This document shows positions 38,573 through 53,029 of a DNA stretch of 64,000 nt, piece by piece; position 1 is the stretch's first letter; every line of letters begins with the position of its first letter. Source of the stretch: Centroscyllium fabricii. Taxonomy: Eukaryota. A program made the translations under genes and the position numbers. Under the pieces are notes generated by a model. That model saw only the letters and a program-made list of their open reading frames with translations, had not been told where the DNA came from and did not search any database. The stretch lies in NCBI GenBank assembly GCA_051313645.2, contig JBNRSN020000019.1:33728001-33792000 (forward strand). Reading direction: 5' to 3'.

Positions 38573-39528
38573 GGGCCGTATTTTTCGATCAGAGGTTTCC
38601 TGCGTACGGAGGCTTCTGATCTGGAAAAAATCTACGGACTTACCGGAGGGCTGCCGAGGTGCATATACTTCCGATCCTGGGGCTCTCCAACTCGAAATGT
38701 GCAGGGCCAACATATCCCAGAGGCGCATGCGATTCACAAGCGTCCATGGGATCCCAACAGGAGAAGGGAATCGCCCTTCAAACACTTTTGATAGACCTGT
38801 CAAATACAGGAAACTCTTTGATATCTTGCACCGATGGGACCGCCGTGTTGCCGGTTTATCAAAATTTCCAGATAACGGAGAGGGTTATCTACCGAGGCTT
38901 TTTTTAAACAAAGAAAAATTAAAAAATCAAGAAATGTGCAGTATACAGTAATTGGATACTCACCGACAGAATGTTGTGTTGAATGGATGTGGATTGTGGC
39001 AGTTTGGAGAACTACCCCCACTGATTAACTCAGCCACCACACGGGACTCGGACTCGGCAACATTGCCGGTTATTGAGGTGTTGTTTTCAGATGAGAATTT
39101 TGCCGGTTAATAGAGAATTACGGATATTAGGCGCCGGTTAAAAAAGAGTTTCCTGTATATGAATGGAGATCACCCCAAAAACACTATAAAACATTAAATA
39201 TTTTTTTTATCACATTTTTAAAATGAGTTGAAATTACAATATTTTGAAAAAAATTATTAAAGTTTTTTACGGGGCTAAAAAATAAACTTACTTTTTTAAT
39301 AAATATTTTTACATAATAAATGAGTGATTTTTAAAAAACTTTTTTCAAATCTTATGCTGGTAAAATACCAGTCTTAAGATTTCTAAGGGTTTTCTGCGGG
39401 CAGAGGGTTTCCAGAAAGCGGAACTCTCCGCCCGCAGAGGCCCTTCTCTAGGGCAGGCGTCCCATCTGTCAAGAGCATTCTTGACAGATCAGCGCGTACA
39501 CACCCGTAGGGATCGGAATATACGACTC
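38573..39528. mobile_element. Harbinger-type MITE with a nested Tc1/pogo MITE
   Basis: Degenerate TIR GGGCCGTATTT...AATATACGACTC; homologous in reverse to 5151-7984. Confidence 0.7.
38807..39155. mobile_element. Tc1/pogo-type MITE (shorter copy of 27785-28314)
   Basis: TA|CAGGAAACTCTTT...AAAGAGTTTCCTG|TA. Confidence 0.85.
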
Positions 39529-39539
39529 ATTGTTTCATA

Positions 39540-39597
39540 GGGCGGCACGGTGGCATAGTGGTTAGCACTGTTGCCTTACATTCTATATGATTCTAAC
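39540..39597 (+). mobile_element. HE1-like SINE remnant (head joined to tail-like sequence)
   Basis: GGGCGGCACGGTGGCATAGTGGTTAGCACTGTTGCCTTACA followed by TTCTATATGATTCTA. Confidence 0.6.
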
Positions 39598-41266
39598 TCA
39601 CTAACATCCAGGGGGGTGAAATTGGTCTCCACCAGCAGCGTGAAACAGGCTCATCGCAAATCGGTCGCCCATTTTACACCACGCACGATTTTCTTTCCTA
39701 TTGAAGTCAATAGATGGGCACGGTGTAAAATAGACTGCCCATTCACTATGAACCTGTGTCACACTACTGGCAAAGACTAATTTCTTCACTCCCCAGTCTC
39801 CAACATAGCATCAGCTTAATCTTTTAGATGACGGAATGAAGCCTAACCAATGTACTGTATATAAGAAAATCACTAAATTGTCTTTGCATGCTGTCATTGT
39901 GATAAAAGTAATACAAGGCTCTACAAGCTGCCTGGTTGGCCCAAAACAACAACATACTCATTTTAATTTGTGTGTTTATTTGCCCTGCTTGATGTGATGA
40001 TTGTATTTCCTTTTAACCTCGATATCTAACATGCAGCTACACAGCCATTAAGAGGCAGACTGCATTTATCTTTTTAACCGTCTTCTAATTTCCCTTCCTA
40101 ACATTTCAGAACACTTGCAGCAACTGTTGAGCCCCCACAGCTATCCTGGTACAGTATATCAGCACAGGCCAGAGATAGAAGCTGGGATTTTCCCTGTCTA
40201 TATGGCGCACGACCAAAGCAGATGATGCATTTATGCACAAAGCCATCAGGAGAGCTGCAGACTACACGTCTGCATGGCAGGTTTTCTATTTAAATATATC
40301 CGAGTACAACACAAGGAAGGTATCATTTCTGATTTTTTTTCCTTCTAAAAATACCAATTGTACTTGTAATCAGTAGCAGCAGAAATAGAAATTGTAGGCT
40401 TGGGGAGAGAAACAGCTGTATGGCTGAACAGGGGATGTACGGAACATGTCAGAAGATCCTTTGGTTGGGTTAGAATCCAATCCATTGTTTTACATGTATT
40501 TCAACTTCATTTGTATATTGTATTGCTGCATTTTTTTTTTCATTTTTCCTTTCACTCAATTAAAAATATTTGTCTTTATTCTTGAAGAAAAATTCTAATG
40601 GCTATTTTATTTTGCTTTTTTTTGCTCATTATCATAAATGTTCTTGATTTCTTTCCTTCCAATGTTAGGTTCACAGTAGATTTATAAATCTGCTTTGTGA
40701 CAGTACTGTCCCAGGTAACGTGGTGAAGAATTTGTACATATTTTGCTTCCGTAATCCTGGCGTCATGTTGAGGATCTTATTTCTACTATATAACATAATA
40801 AAAGGATATCATTATCATTAACACTATATGTAGATCCGTAAAGATGTTTAGCACCGACGTTCACATATTAAAGTCAGTATTTACTTTTGCTGACCCAAGT
40901 TTTTAACTGCAATGGTTGGGTTCTGACTCCTATGATAGGAAGCATTAGCAAGTCACATTTTGACTTTATTGGCACGTGTAGAGATATTTCACAGATTTTT
41001 TAGCTGGAATATGGTGTATCTGACTCCTATGACAGACATTGCAAAATAACAAAATTTTATATAATTAGCACCTGTGAAGACATCACCACAGGTTGCTTGG
41101 TTGTTGCATAGCAACCACAACACGGTGCTAATAATGTGCACTGAGAACTTGTGATCATGCTGGGTGACTGCTCAAGCTACGAAAGAACATACAATTAGAT
41201 TCTCACCTGGTAAGAGTAAGTGGTCAAAACGTTTATTACAGAATTTACAACGATATCTAAGTTAAT

Positions 41267-42050
41267 GGGCCAGTATTTCCGATCGCGCATATTGATTTGG
41301 AGCTCGGGTGTAAGCGCATCCGAGCTCCAAATCGCATGGAGCAGCCGTTTGCAGCTGCTCCATGCATTTCCGAAGGCGGCCAGTGGGGGGGGTGGGGGCG
41401 GGAGCAGAGTTGCTGCGATGATTATCGCACGAGCCTGCGCACCACGTGGTGCGCTGTAAACTTCTGGGGGGGTTTTCCCAGAGATTTTCATGGGGTAAGT
41501 ATGGAAGATTCTACGTTTGAAAATACAAGATGTAAGCACCCGTTTTTAGCAGGTAAGTCTTTATTTTATTGATTTGAAGTGAAGTGTTGTTCTTACAGGT
41601 TTATAATTTTTGTAAAGTTTAGAGACAGGTAAGTATTCTTTTAGGCCTGTTAAAGAGTGTAAGAATTTTTTCTAAATTTTTATTTTTTCTTTAAAATAGG
41701 TAATTTATGTTAGTTGGAGTGCTGTTAAAAAATGTGGTGTTTTAAAATTTTTATTTTTGAGTTTAGATGTGTTTTGGAAGATCTCTCTTTTCAAAAGTTA
41801 CACAGATTTCTCCGTGTAATTTTTGAATGGAGGATTGCTTCCACTGATTGGCTCCCTGCCGATCATGTGATCTCGTGGGAGATCTCGCACTAATTACGCC
41901 GTTCAGTTGCACAAGCAGCTCGCACAGAGCTTTGACAAGCTGTACAACTCGGAAGTTCACAGTGCAAAAATTCAAAACGCCAGAAGTGCTGGGCAAGTGC
42001 AAATAGGAGCACTGCACTCGCACGAAGGCTCCAGGGCTAATTTCTGGCCC
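41267..42050. mobile_element. Harbinger-type MITE
   Basis: GGGCCAGTATTT...AATTTCTGGCCC, flanks AAT/ATT. Confidence 0.8.
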
Positions 42051-42199
42051 ATTAAAATTGCTTTAAACGAAACTCAAAAGTAAGTTCAATAGGAGGTCCT
42101 ATGACATCAATTTAGCAACAGAAAGTGAGTTATTACAGGATAGTTAGTTCAGCAAATCAAGATTACATGATAATTTGACCTGGATGTCACCAAGGAAAC

Positions 42200-42780
42200 T
42201 TGTTTCTACCTCCTCAACATTCCTCGTCACCTCTGGACTACATTCCTCTTCTTGCTGGCCTTCTGTTATCTACCCAACATAAAAGGACGTTATCCAAACA
42301 CAACTGCCCTCATTTAGTCCCATACCAAGTTATATTCGCCCATTACCCCTGTCGTCACCGATCTACACAAATTCCTTGTCCCCCAAACCACTTACTTTAA
42401 AATCTTTGTCCTCGTCTTAAAATCCCACTACGGCTGCGCATCTCCCTACCTCTGCAACCTCTTCCAACACTTCAGTTCTCCAACTCTAGCCTCCTGTGCA
42501 CCCACTCGCTTCACCCTAACTCTAGCCTCCTGTGCACCCACTCCAGTCACCCTATCATCAATAGCCAAGTTTTCAGTCATCTTGGCCCTGCTCCCTGGAC
42601 CTCCCTCCTTAAAAACCTTTTCCGCTCTACTGTACTCCTTTAAAATCCTCCTCAAAATCCAGCTTATTGACCTAACCTTCACTCACCATGGCTCAGTGTC
42701 CCTTCCTCTTATTTCTCTGTAAAGTGCCTTGAGAAATATTGTATCTTAAAAGTGCTTTATAAGTAAAAGTTTCTGTTGTT
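42200..42780 (+). mobile_element. degenerate L2 3' fragment
   Basis: Reverse-complement similarity to 440-900; tail GTAAAGTGCCTTGAGA...TTGTTG. Confidence 0.6.
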
Positions 42781-43029
42781 GAACTTTGTGGAGCTAGAAG
42801 ACAATCGATTCAAAGGTAACAAGTCTCACGAGGAGATCAGACATCTTTTTCTCCACAAAGTAATGGACATGTAAACAGATTCTCAGAAAAAAAGCAATTG
42901 CTGCAGACACCTTTTGTTTGGCCACCCCACTTCCTGGGATGTACCATTAAACAGCTGTCTCCTTTACAAAGAGGAGTCCTCATTCCGCAATATCAATGAT
43001 AGTCAGACGGTCTGTTGGAGCTCCATCCA

Positions 43030-43550
43030 TTTAAAAACAGCAACTTGCATTTACAGTGTCTTTATTGCAGTAAATCATCCCAAGGTGCCTCAGAGGAGCG
43101 ATATCAGACACATTGTTTTGACACTGGGCCAAAGAATGAGACATTAGGGCAGGTGACCAAAAGCTTGGTTGAAAAAGGTAGGTTTTAAGGAGTATCTTAA
43201 AGAAGGAGAGCAAGGTGGATAGGCAGAGGTTTAGGGAGGGAATTTCAGAGCTTAGGGCCCAGACAGCTGAAGGCACGGCCACCACTGGTGGGGTAAAGGA
43301 AGTGGGGGATGGATGAGAGGCCAGCGATGGAGGAATGCAGTGTTCTCGGAGGGTTTTAGGGCTGGAGTGGGTTACAGAAATGGGGCAGGGCTAGGTCATG
43401 AAGGGATTTGAACACCAGTATGAGAATTTTAATATGGTGCTGTTCGGAGACCAGAAGCAAATTTAGATCAGCGAGCACATGGGTGATGGCTGTATGGGAC
43501 GGTGTGAGGTACGACATGGGCAGCAGAGTTTTGGATGAGCTTAAGTTAAG
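43030..43550 (-). mobile_element. L2 3' fragment
   Basis: Closely similar to 440-930 (CAGCTGAAGGCACGGCCACCA, GGTAGGTTTTAAGGAG). Confidence 0.8.
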
Positions 43551-44984
43551 GCTACAAAAAGTCTAATTTTTAAGCAAACGAAGACTTAAGTCATTCACTG
43601 TTTAATTATTGCTTGATATGGAAAAATTGGTACAGAGCCTCATGTCATTCAGAGTCTAATTGATTATTAGTTAAAGAACTTTGCAAATTATAATGTTCTT
43701 CTTAGCTTCAGACTCAGGGTGAGAAGCACATAACATTTTTAAATTGTTTGCATCTGTGTGCGCTGATGTATCATTTTCAATATATTAATAGCAAATCATC
43801 TGTGGCACTGCTCAAAGTAAGGTAGATTGTGTGCTATTTTATAAGGAAAGGATCATTATACTGTGCAAAAAACAATATGGGGCATTTCCCCCCTCACTGG
43901 TCAGACAGTAAACCAATGGAGCGGATCAGCTGCCTGATTTGGAACTCGTCGATTTTCATTTTCCATTAGTGAACAAAAACAATGTGCAAATAGCCAAGAT
44001 GGTGAAATGGTCTGCTGCATATGGAGAAAAAGCACCAAAAATCCCCTTCTCCCACCTTTATTTTATCATCTAACAGTTTTCTGTGTGTTTGCAGGCCATT
44101 CCATCTATGGATTTCCTCTGTGACGGTGGCTGTTGTTCATTTTCCTCAACCCCACTAAAATGTTTGCTTGTCTTTCAGTTTGCAGTTCTGATGAAGAGTT
44201 TACACCTGAACTGTTAATCTGTCTTTTCTCTTTGCAGATGCTGACACACCTGTGCATTTCTAGTTTGTATTTAATATATGAACAGGCAAAACGAGGATGC
44301 CTTCCGTAATACACTTCAGACCCAAGTGTCTACATTTTATTGAAATTACTTTAAAAGGTGAACTCTTGTTTTGTCAAATGTCAATAGTGCACAGAAACAA
44401 AGTCTTGTGCCAAATGTTCTGATGCACAATTGTGTACAGTGCAGAAAGTCAGTTAATAACATTACACTTTTTACTCCATTTGGGAAGGGTGGCATCATTG
44501 TGGTTAGTTTATCCTCCGTGTGACAGAAATTTTAGTTTGCAAATACAGTATTTGTTTTGTGATCCAGAATTCTGATGATGGTGCAGCTAATCAACAATAT
44601 TGGCTACCTTAGTGTACCTTTCCCAATATATATATTGCAAAAATGGATCAACAATGGACTCCTAAACGGCAATAAAATACTGTAAAAGTTGGTACAAATT
44701 GCATTTTTCTACAACACTGTAGTGCGTAGTCTTGAACATTTGAAAGTGTATTCGCTTAATATTGAAGCCTGTGCACTTTGAAAAATGCCAACTGAGTAGA
44801 GGTTAATTGGATACAATTTTTTGCTCATTTAGGTTTACTTTAGATTACCATTTTGGGATTTCATATTCTGGCCTTATTTTTAAATCTACAGCGTAAATAT
44901 ATCGGCATGTGTTTACGCAGCACAAATGAACCTTGTAGTTCCTTTGTAAATGTATGGATACATGACTATGCTTTGTCTGATGAA

Positions 44985-45004
44985 AAATTCTTTTATTTTG
45001 TAGG
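44985..45004 (+). promoter_or_regulatory. probable splice acceptor of the LRRN3 coding exon
   Basis: TTCTTTTATTTTGTAG|G preceded by a CTGAT branch-like motif, 354 nt upstream of the ATG. Confidence 0.55.
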
Positions 45005-45324
45005 TGACTACGCGTTATTTTTCATGCCTATTTAAAAAGATGTTCAGGAAACTTGGACAGACCACAGAAGAATAAATGAAGTGCATAATCGCCAACAAAT
45101 ACATTATCATCTGAGTTTATCAATTTCACTGCATCAAGGGTAGATTAGTTTTCACATGCTTTGTGTGGATGGCATCTTTGGACAAAGTCATTGAACGTTT
45201 ACTCCTTCCTGTCAAGGACAGAAATCTGCCACTCATATGGAGTATAGGAGGCAGCACACCTGCAGTGCTTAGTAACAAATGATCTGGTGATTAAAGTTAA
45301 CAACAGTCATTGCAGAATCTTTAG

Positions 45325-47487
<2,163 letters not shown>

Positions 47488-48078
47488 AACTTTTTGTAAA
47501 AAAAATGTAAAAAAGCCAGTTGCAACTGGACTGCTTTTAAATGTTGGGTACAAAAGAAGAAAAAACGCACAGGGCCTGCTCACAGTGCTAATACGTAGGA
47601 AATGGGTACATTTGCCGTATGATGGACAGACATGCACCAACACTAATAAAGACAATTCAAAATTGTGGATTGGTGAGGGTGTACCTTTAAGAATGGCAAC
47701 TTTAAAAAGAAACAATCACCAGCCAATGAGAATTGTAACAACCTAACATCTAATCTGTTAATATGAAACTGCTCACTTCAGTCAAACGATATGGTACAAT
47801 GGCACACTGATGCCAGGTAAAGGTGAAAAGCATTTTTCCTGTATTTAACTATGTAATGTGTAACAGTAGTGGACTGTAATAGTGGTTTCCGAGCAATACC
47901 TCCTGTCCTGTTTTACACAATACTTTAGCTGGCAGTTGTTTAGAAGCTGGGCAGTTAAAAATAGAATGCCACATGTGGTGTTATTGATTGGATGCAATCC
48001 GTTAGACTAGATCACACAGTGAGTAAAATAAGTATGTGAAATGGATTTTTTTTTTTGGAAACAAAATTAACATTTTTG

Positions 48079-48084
48079 AATAAA
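48079..48084 (+). terminator. candidate LRRN3 polyadenylation signal (another at 47645)
   Basis: AATAAA followed by U/GU-rich sequence about 590 nt after the stop codon. Confidence 0.4.
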
Positions 48085-49164
48085 CTCTCAATTATGTCTG
48101 GTTCCCTTTTAAATCAAAGTGTTACAAATATTATTTTTCTGGACTGGAAGTGTGTTGCCAGTAATACAAGACGTCTATTTTTTAAATACATACAAAAGAG
48201 AGAAACATGAATTTCAGTTTCACCTGATTGGCATATAGCGCTGCACTAGTGTCTGCTTTGTGCATGTTTCTATTTATTGCTCAGGTGACATGAAGCATAT
48301 AATTTGTTCATTACCTGAAGTTCAACCACATTCCAAACCAATTTCAGCTTTATTCATTTTACTGTACATAAACTCAAACAGCAGAACTATCATGCCTCTG
48401 TTAATCATCTCTATTACAAAAACACAAAGATTTCTTGCCTTTCATGTTCAGCATTTGACATTCCATTTTTGTCTTACCATATTTCTAGTCAGGGATTTTT
48501 CCTTTCCATTTGGAGTGCTGGTGCATTTTTGGAGACCTGAAGACTTGAGCAATCTGGGGAAGAAGCTCCCAAAATATCCAGCAGTACTGGAGATTTGTAT
48601 CTTTACAATGATAATGTGGTTTGCGCACCAAAGAAGAAATCACAAAATTGATAAATCACCATCACACACAACGTGACATTAGAATTTATCAGGTAGACTT
48701 GCTCATGCATCACCACAGATTTCAGCATGTTGGACAAAGCTTTCAGAGCTAGGCAATTTGTCAAAGGCACGAGATTTGAAATACAACCCATTACAATGCA
48801 GGTACTGAACAGGTCAGCAGGAACTTGCTCATGTATCTTACATTTTCCTCTCTCGTTCTTACTTGCGTTTAGTAGTCATTAATGGCAGATTTCAAAAGCT
48901 ACAAAATATCATCTTTTGGTTGCATCATTTTTAAGGGTGAAACAGGATATGGCAGTAAAAATATTCTTTGACAATCACATCAAATTACCAAAGATTTATA
49001 TTCCCAATAAAATATAATTCACAAAAATATCATACATTTGTTTTATAAAATTGAAATGCTCAAAGCTCCTGCAAGTTATATTTGTAATTTTGATCGTCAG
49101 TAAGTACAATTTACTAACTTTTATTGCCAAAAATTTGCAACAAAACTCCTTAGTTCAAAAATAA

Positions 49165-50330
49165 CAAGCAGTTCCAGAAGTGAGGCGAGAGTGCCTGCCC
49201 TTGACATCAAGGCAGCATTGACTGAGTGTGGCATCAAGGAACCCTAGTAAAACTAAGGTCAATGGGAATCAGGGGAAAGACTGTCCACTGGCTGGAGTCA
49301 GACCTAGCACAAAGGAATGTGGTTGTTGGAGGCCAATCATCTCAGCCCCGGGACATCGTTCAGGGCAGTGTCCTAAGCCCAACCATCCTCAGCTGCTTTA
49401 CCAATGACTTTCCCTCCATCATTAGGTCAGGTGGGGCTGTTGGCTGATGACTCCACAGTATTCAGCTCCATTCGCAACACCTCAGATAATAAAGCAGTCT
49501 AAGCCAGCATGCAGCAAGGCCTGCATGACATTCAGGATTGGGTTGATAAGTGGCAAGTAACATTTGTGCCACACAAGTACCAGGCAATGACTATCTCCAA
49601 CAAAAGAACATCTAAACACCGCCCCTTGACATTCAATGGTATTACCATTGCCGAATCCCCCTACATCAACATCCTGGGGGGTCACCATTGACCAGAAACT
49701 TAACCGGGCCAACCACATAAATACCGTAGATACAAAAGCAGGTTAGAGGCTGGGTATTCTGTGGCAAGTGTCTCACCTCCTGACTCCCCAAAGCCTTTCC
49801 ACCATCTATAAAGGTGCAAGTCAGGAGTGTGATGGAATACTCTCCACTTGCCTGGATGAGTGCAGCTCCAACAAGAAGCTTGGCACCATCCAGGACAAAG
49901 CAGCCCATTGATTGGCACCCCATCAACCACCTTAAATATTCACTCCCTCCACCACATGGCTGCAGTGTGTACCATCTTCAAGATGCACTGCAGCAACTCG
50001 CCAAGGCTTCTTCAACAGCACCTCCCAAACCCATGAACTCTTCCACCTAGAAGGATACGGGCAGCCAGTGCATGGGAACACCATCACTTTCAAGTTCTCC
50101 TCCAAGTCACACACCATCCTGACTTGGAAATATATTGCCATTCCTTCATAGTCGCTGGGTCAAAATCCTGGAACTCGCTCCCTAACATTGTGGGAGTACC
50201 ATCACCACGCGGACTGCAGCTATTCAAGGCAGCGGCTCATCACCACCTTCTCAAGGGCAATTAGGGATGGGCAATAAACGCTTGCCCTGTCAGCGATGCT
50301 CACATCCCAGGAATGAATTTTAAAAAATTT
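49165..50330 (+). mobile_element. CR1-group LINE RT and 3' end, degenerate (family of 5220-7320)
   Basis: WHQGTLVKLRSMGIRGK...QGSVLSP, GCTGATGAC (ADD), IQDWVDKWQVTF, MEYSPLAWMSAAP; same 3' tail. Confidence 0.85.
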
Positions 50331-50449
50331 AAAGGGTCTAAAATCACAATAATGAAATGGCTATTTACAGTAATATAAATAATCAAATGAGAAATCATAA
50401 ATTGGTTATAATAAGTGGCTGCAAGTTGAATACCCTCGCTGTTCAGCTG

Positions 50450-50615
50450 TCTTATTTTTGCTCTTGGGATATGGGCAACACGAGCAAGATAGTATTTATT
50501 GCCCGTCCCAAGTTACCCTGAGGCCATGACAAGTTCACCACATTGTGTGGGGCTGAAGTCGGAGGTAGGCCAGACCAAATAGGCCGGCTGGTTCTTTTCC
50601 CTGAAGGACATTAAA
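50450..50615 (-). mobile_element. DeuSINE 3' fragment
   Basis: Degenerate match to 3040-3295 (CCACATTG...GGGCTG.AGTC...CCTGAAGGACATTA). Confidence 0.55.
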
Positions 50616-51439
50616 AATCCCTGAATTTCCTCTCCCAAAGTCTTTAAGCATCAGTTTGGTTCCTTGCCCAATGCATTATGTACCCCAAAAATAATAATTT
50701 ATAACACTAAATAAGTCAATAATTACAAAAAGAAATCACAAAATATACCAACAAACTCACTCAATCCATCTTGCATTATGTCCAACAAATGTGGCCTTCA
50801 CAGGTCTCCCCTGCCTCAGAGGTCTCAAGCTGGCCTTATTCTCCATTCCTTAAACTTGCATCCTTCAAGCTGAGACTTGCGGAAAGAAATTCGGAATATT
50901 AGCGCGGGGGGGAGGGGGGGCAAATCCTACGGCGCACGCAAAATTTACCCAGGATTTAGCGGTGCCGCTAACAGTTAGCGCCTAGGCCTTTAGCACCTGA
51001 CAGGTCTTGATGTCAATGAGTTTGGAACGCCCCTTCATTGGCCGAGATGCAAAATTGACTTTCGCCCCTTGCCTCAGCGCCTGTCCTGTACAATGGCAGG
51101 AAGAGGAGGCGTTATGCATTCGGGTGGCCGCTGTAGGAGCGGTATTTAAAGGGATCAACAGCCGCTTTCATTTTAGTGGCCAATCAATGCTGCCTCAGAT
51201 CAGGACCACCACGGCTCTCCCAGTGGCAGTCGAGGTCACCATCGCCCTCAATTTCTAAAACAGCTATTTTCAGTGAGTTAAACGTTTCTTACTTTCAGGA
51301 GTGTTCTGCCTGCTAAAAAGTTGTCACTTTTATTGTGCTAAGATTTCAAAGTCCTACACTTGGTTACATTAAAGGTGACTGTACTGGCACTCGACCTCGC
51401 CCTCTGGCATCAACATCGGAAGTAACGGAGGCAGAGATA

Positions 51440-52486
51440 AAGATTGGAAAATGCAGCCAGAGGGAGGAGGGCCAACAGGGCTCTCGACAGGTATTCCAGG
51501 AGCAGTTCTCCTGCATAAATTTAACTGAGGAGCAGTGTCTTAGAAGGCTCCACTGCAGCAAGGAGGTGGTCACAGAGCTCTGCCACCTCCTGCAGGCAAA
51601 CCTCTAGCCTCAGATCAGGACCACCACGGCTCTCTCAGTGGAAGTCGAGGTCACCGTCGCCCTCAATTTCTACACCAGCAGATCCTTTCGGTCTGCAGCA
51701 GGAGACATAGCTAACATCTTGCAGTTCACCGTCCATCGCTGCATCCAGGGGGTCACAGAGGCTCTCTACAGAAGGAGAAGGGAATACATTTCCTTCCCCA
51801 TCACCAGAGCAAAGCAGGACGAGCATGCATGTGGCTTTGCCAGGATAGCGGGATTCCCCATGGTGCAGGGCGCCATTGACTGCACCCACGTGGCTTTGGA
51901 GGCACCACATAACAATCCTGCAAAGGTTACCACTCACTTAATGTCTAGTTGGTGTGCGACCAGAAACAGTGAATCCTCACCGTCAATGCCCGCTATCCTG
52001 GCAGCAGCCACGATGCCTTCATCCTGTGCCAGACCGGTGTGCCAGCAGTCTCCAGCACTCTTCCAGCCACCACATCAAGCTCGCAGCTGCCTGGTCGGAG
52101 ACAAGGGGTATCCGCTCTCCACCTGGCTCATGAATCCCCTCCACAACCCCAACACTCATGCCCAGCACTCATATAATGAGAGTCACGCCACCACCAGGAA
52201 CATTATCAAGCAGATCATCGGGGTGCTCAAGCAATGGATCCGATGCCTTGACCGCTCGGGAGGTGCCCTCCAGTACCCAGCTGAGCAGGTGCCCCTTTTC
52301 GACATGGTGTGCTGCATGCTGCACAACTTGGCCATCATGAGGGTCCAGCCATTGCCACCAGGCATAGCGGGCCCAACTCAGGAGGAGGAAGAGGAGGTAG
52401 AACAGCAGCGAGGGAGGAGGCACCCACTCAATCAGTCTTCAGCAAGGGCAGTCCATGACCACCTCATCAGACTATGGTTGCAATAA
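51440..52486 (+). pseudogene. Harbinger (HARBI1-like DDE) transposase with in-frame stop and frameshifts
   Basis: EEQCLRRLH...TVALNFY...GFPMVQGAIDCTHV...LVGDKGYPL...YNESHATTRNIIKQ...CCMLHNLA; TAG at 51605-51607. Confidence 0.9.
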
Positions 52487-52600
52487 ATTCTACCCCACAT
52501 CCCGGTTGCTCACCACATCCCCATCATTCCCTCCATTTTGCAATCCATACCACAGTGCAAAGCTGAAATGAGAATTAGCACAAAATCTGCAAAATTCAAT

Positions 52601-52974
52601 TAGAAACATAGAAGCAGGAGTAGGCCATTCGGCCCTTCGAGCCTGCTCCGCCATTAAATGAGGTCATGGCTGATCATCCAAACCCCGCCTCTGCCCTCTC
52701 CCCATATCCCTATCGAGCCTATACCGACACATATCCCACCCTATCACTGTAACCCCACATATTCAATCCCCCTAACACTAAGGGTCAACCTATCCTGGCC
52801 AATCAACCTAACCTGCACATCTTTGGACTGTGGGAGGAAACCGGAGCACCCGGAGGAAACCCACGCAGACACGGGGAGAATGTGCAAACTCCACACAGAT
52901 AGTACCCGAGGCTGGATTTGAACCCGGGTCTCCAGAGCTGTGAGGCAACAATGCTAACCACTATGCCACCGTGC
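52601..52974 (-). mobile_element. HE1-like V-SINE inserted within the Harbinger
   Basis: Reverse complement of 14559-14953. Confidence 0.9.
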
Positions 52975-53029
52975 ATTCAGTAAACACATATATACAACAT
53001 GAACTAAATCACCCTTGTGTAAACCCTTC

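Noticed and set aside
40669-40714. possible 46-nt exon (TTAG|...CCAG|GTAACG)
   Set aside because: Splice-like motifs alone are common in long introns; no independent support.
51638-52486. domesticated HARBI1 host gene
   Set aside because: Premature stop and frameshifts, and it sits inside TIRs and a TSD with a partner Myb gene.
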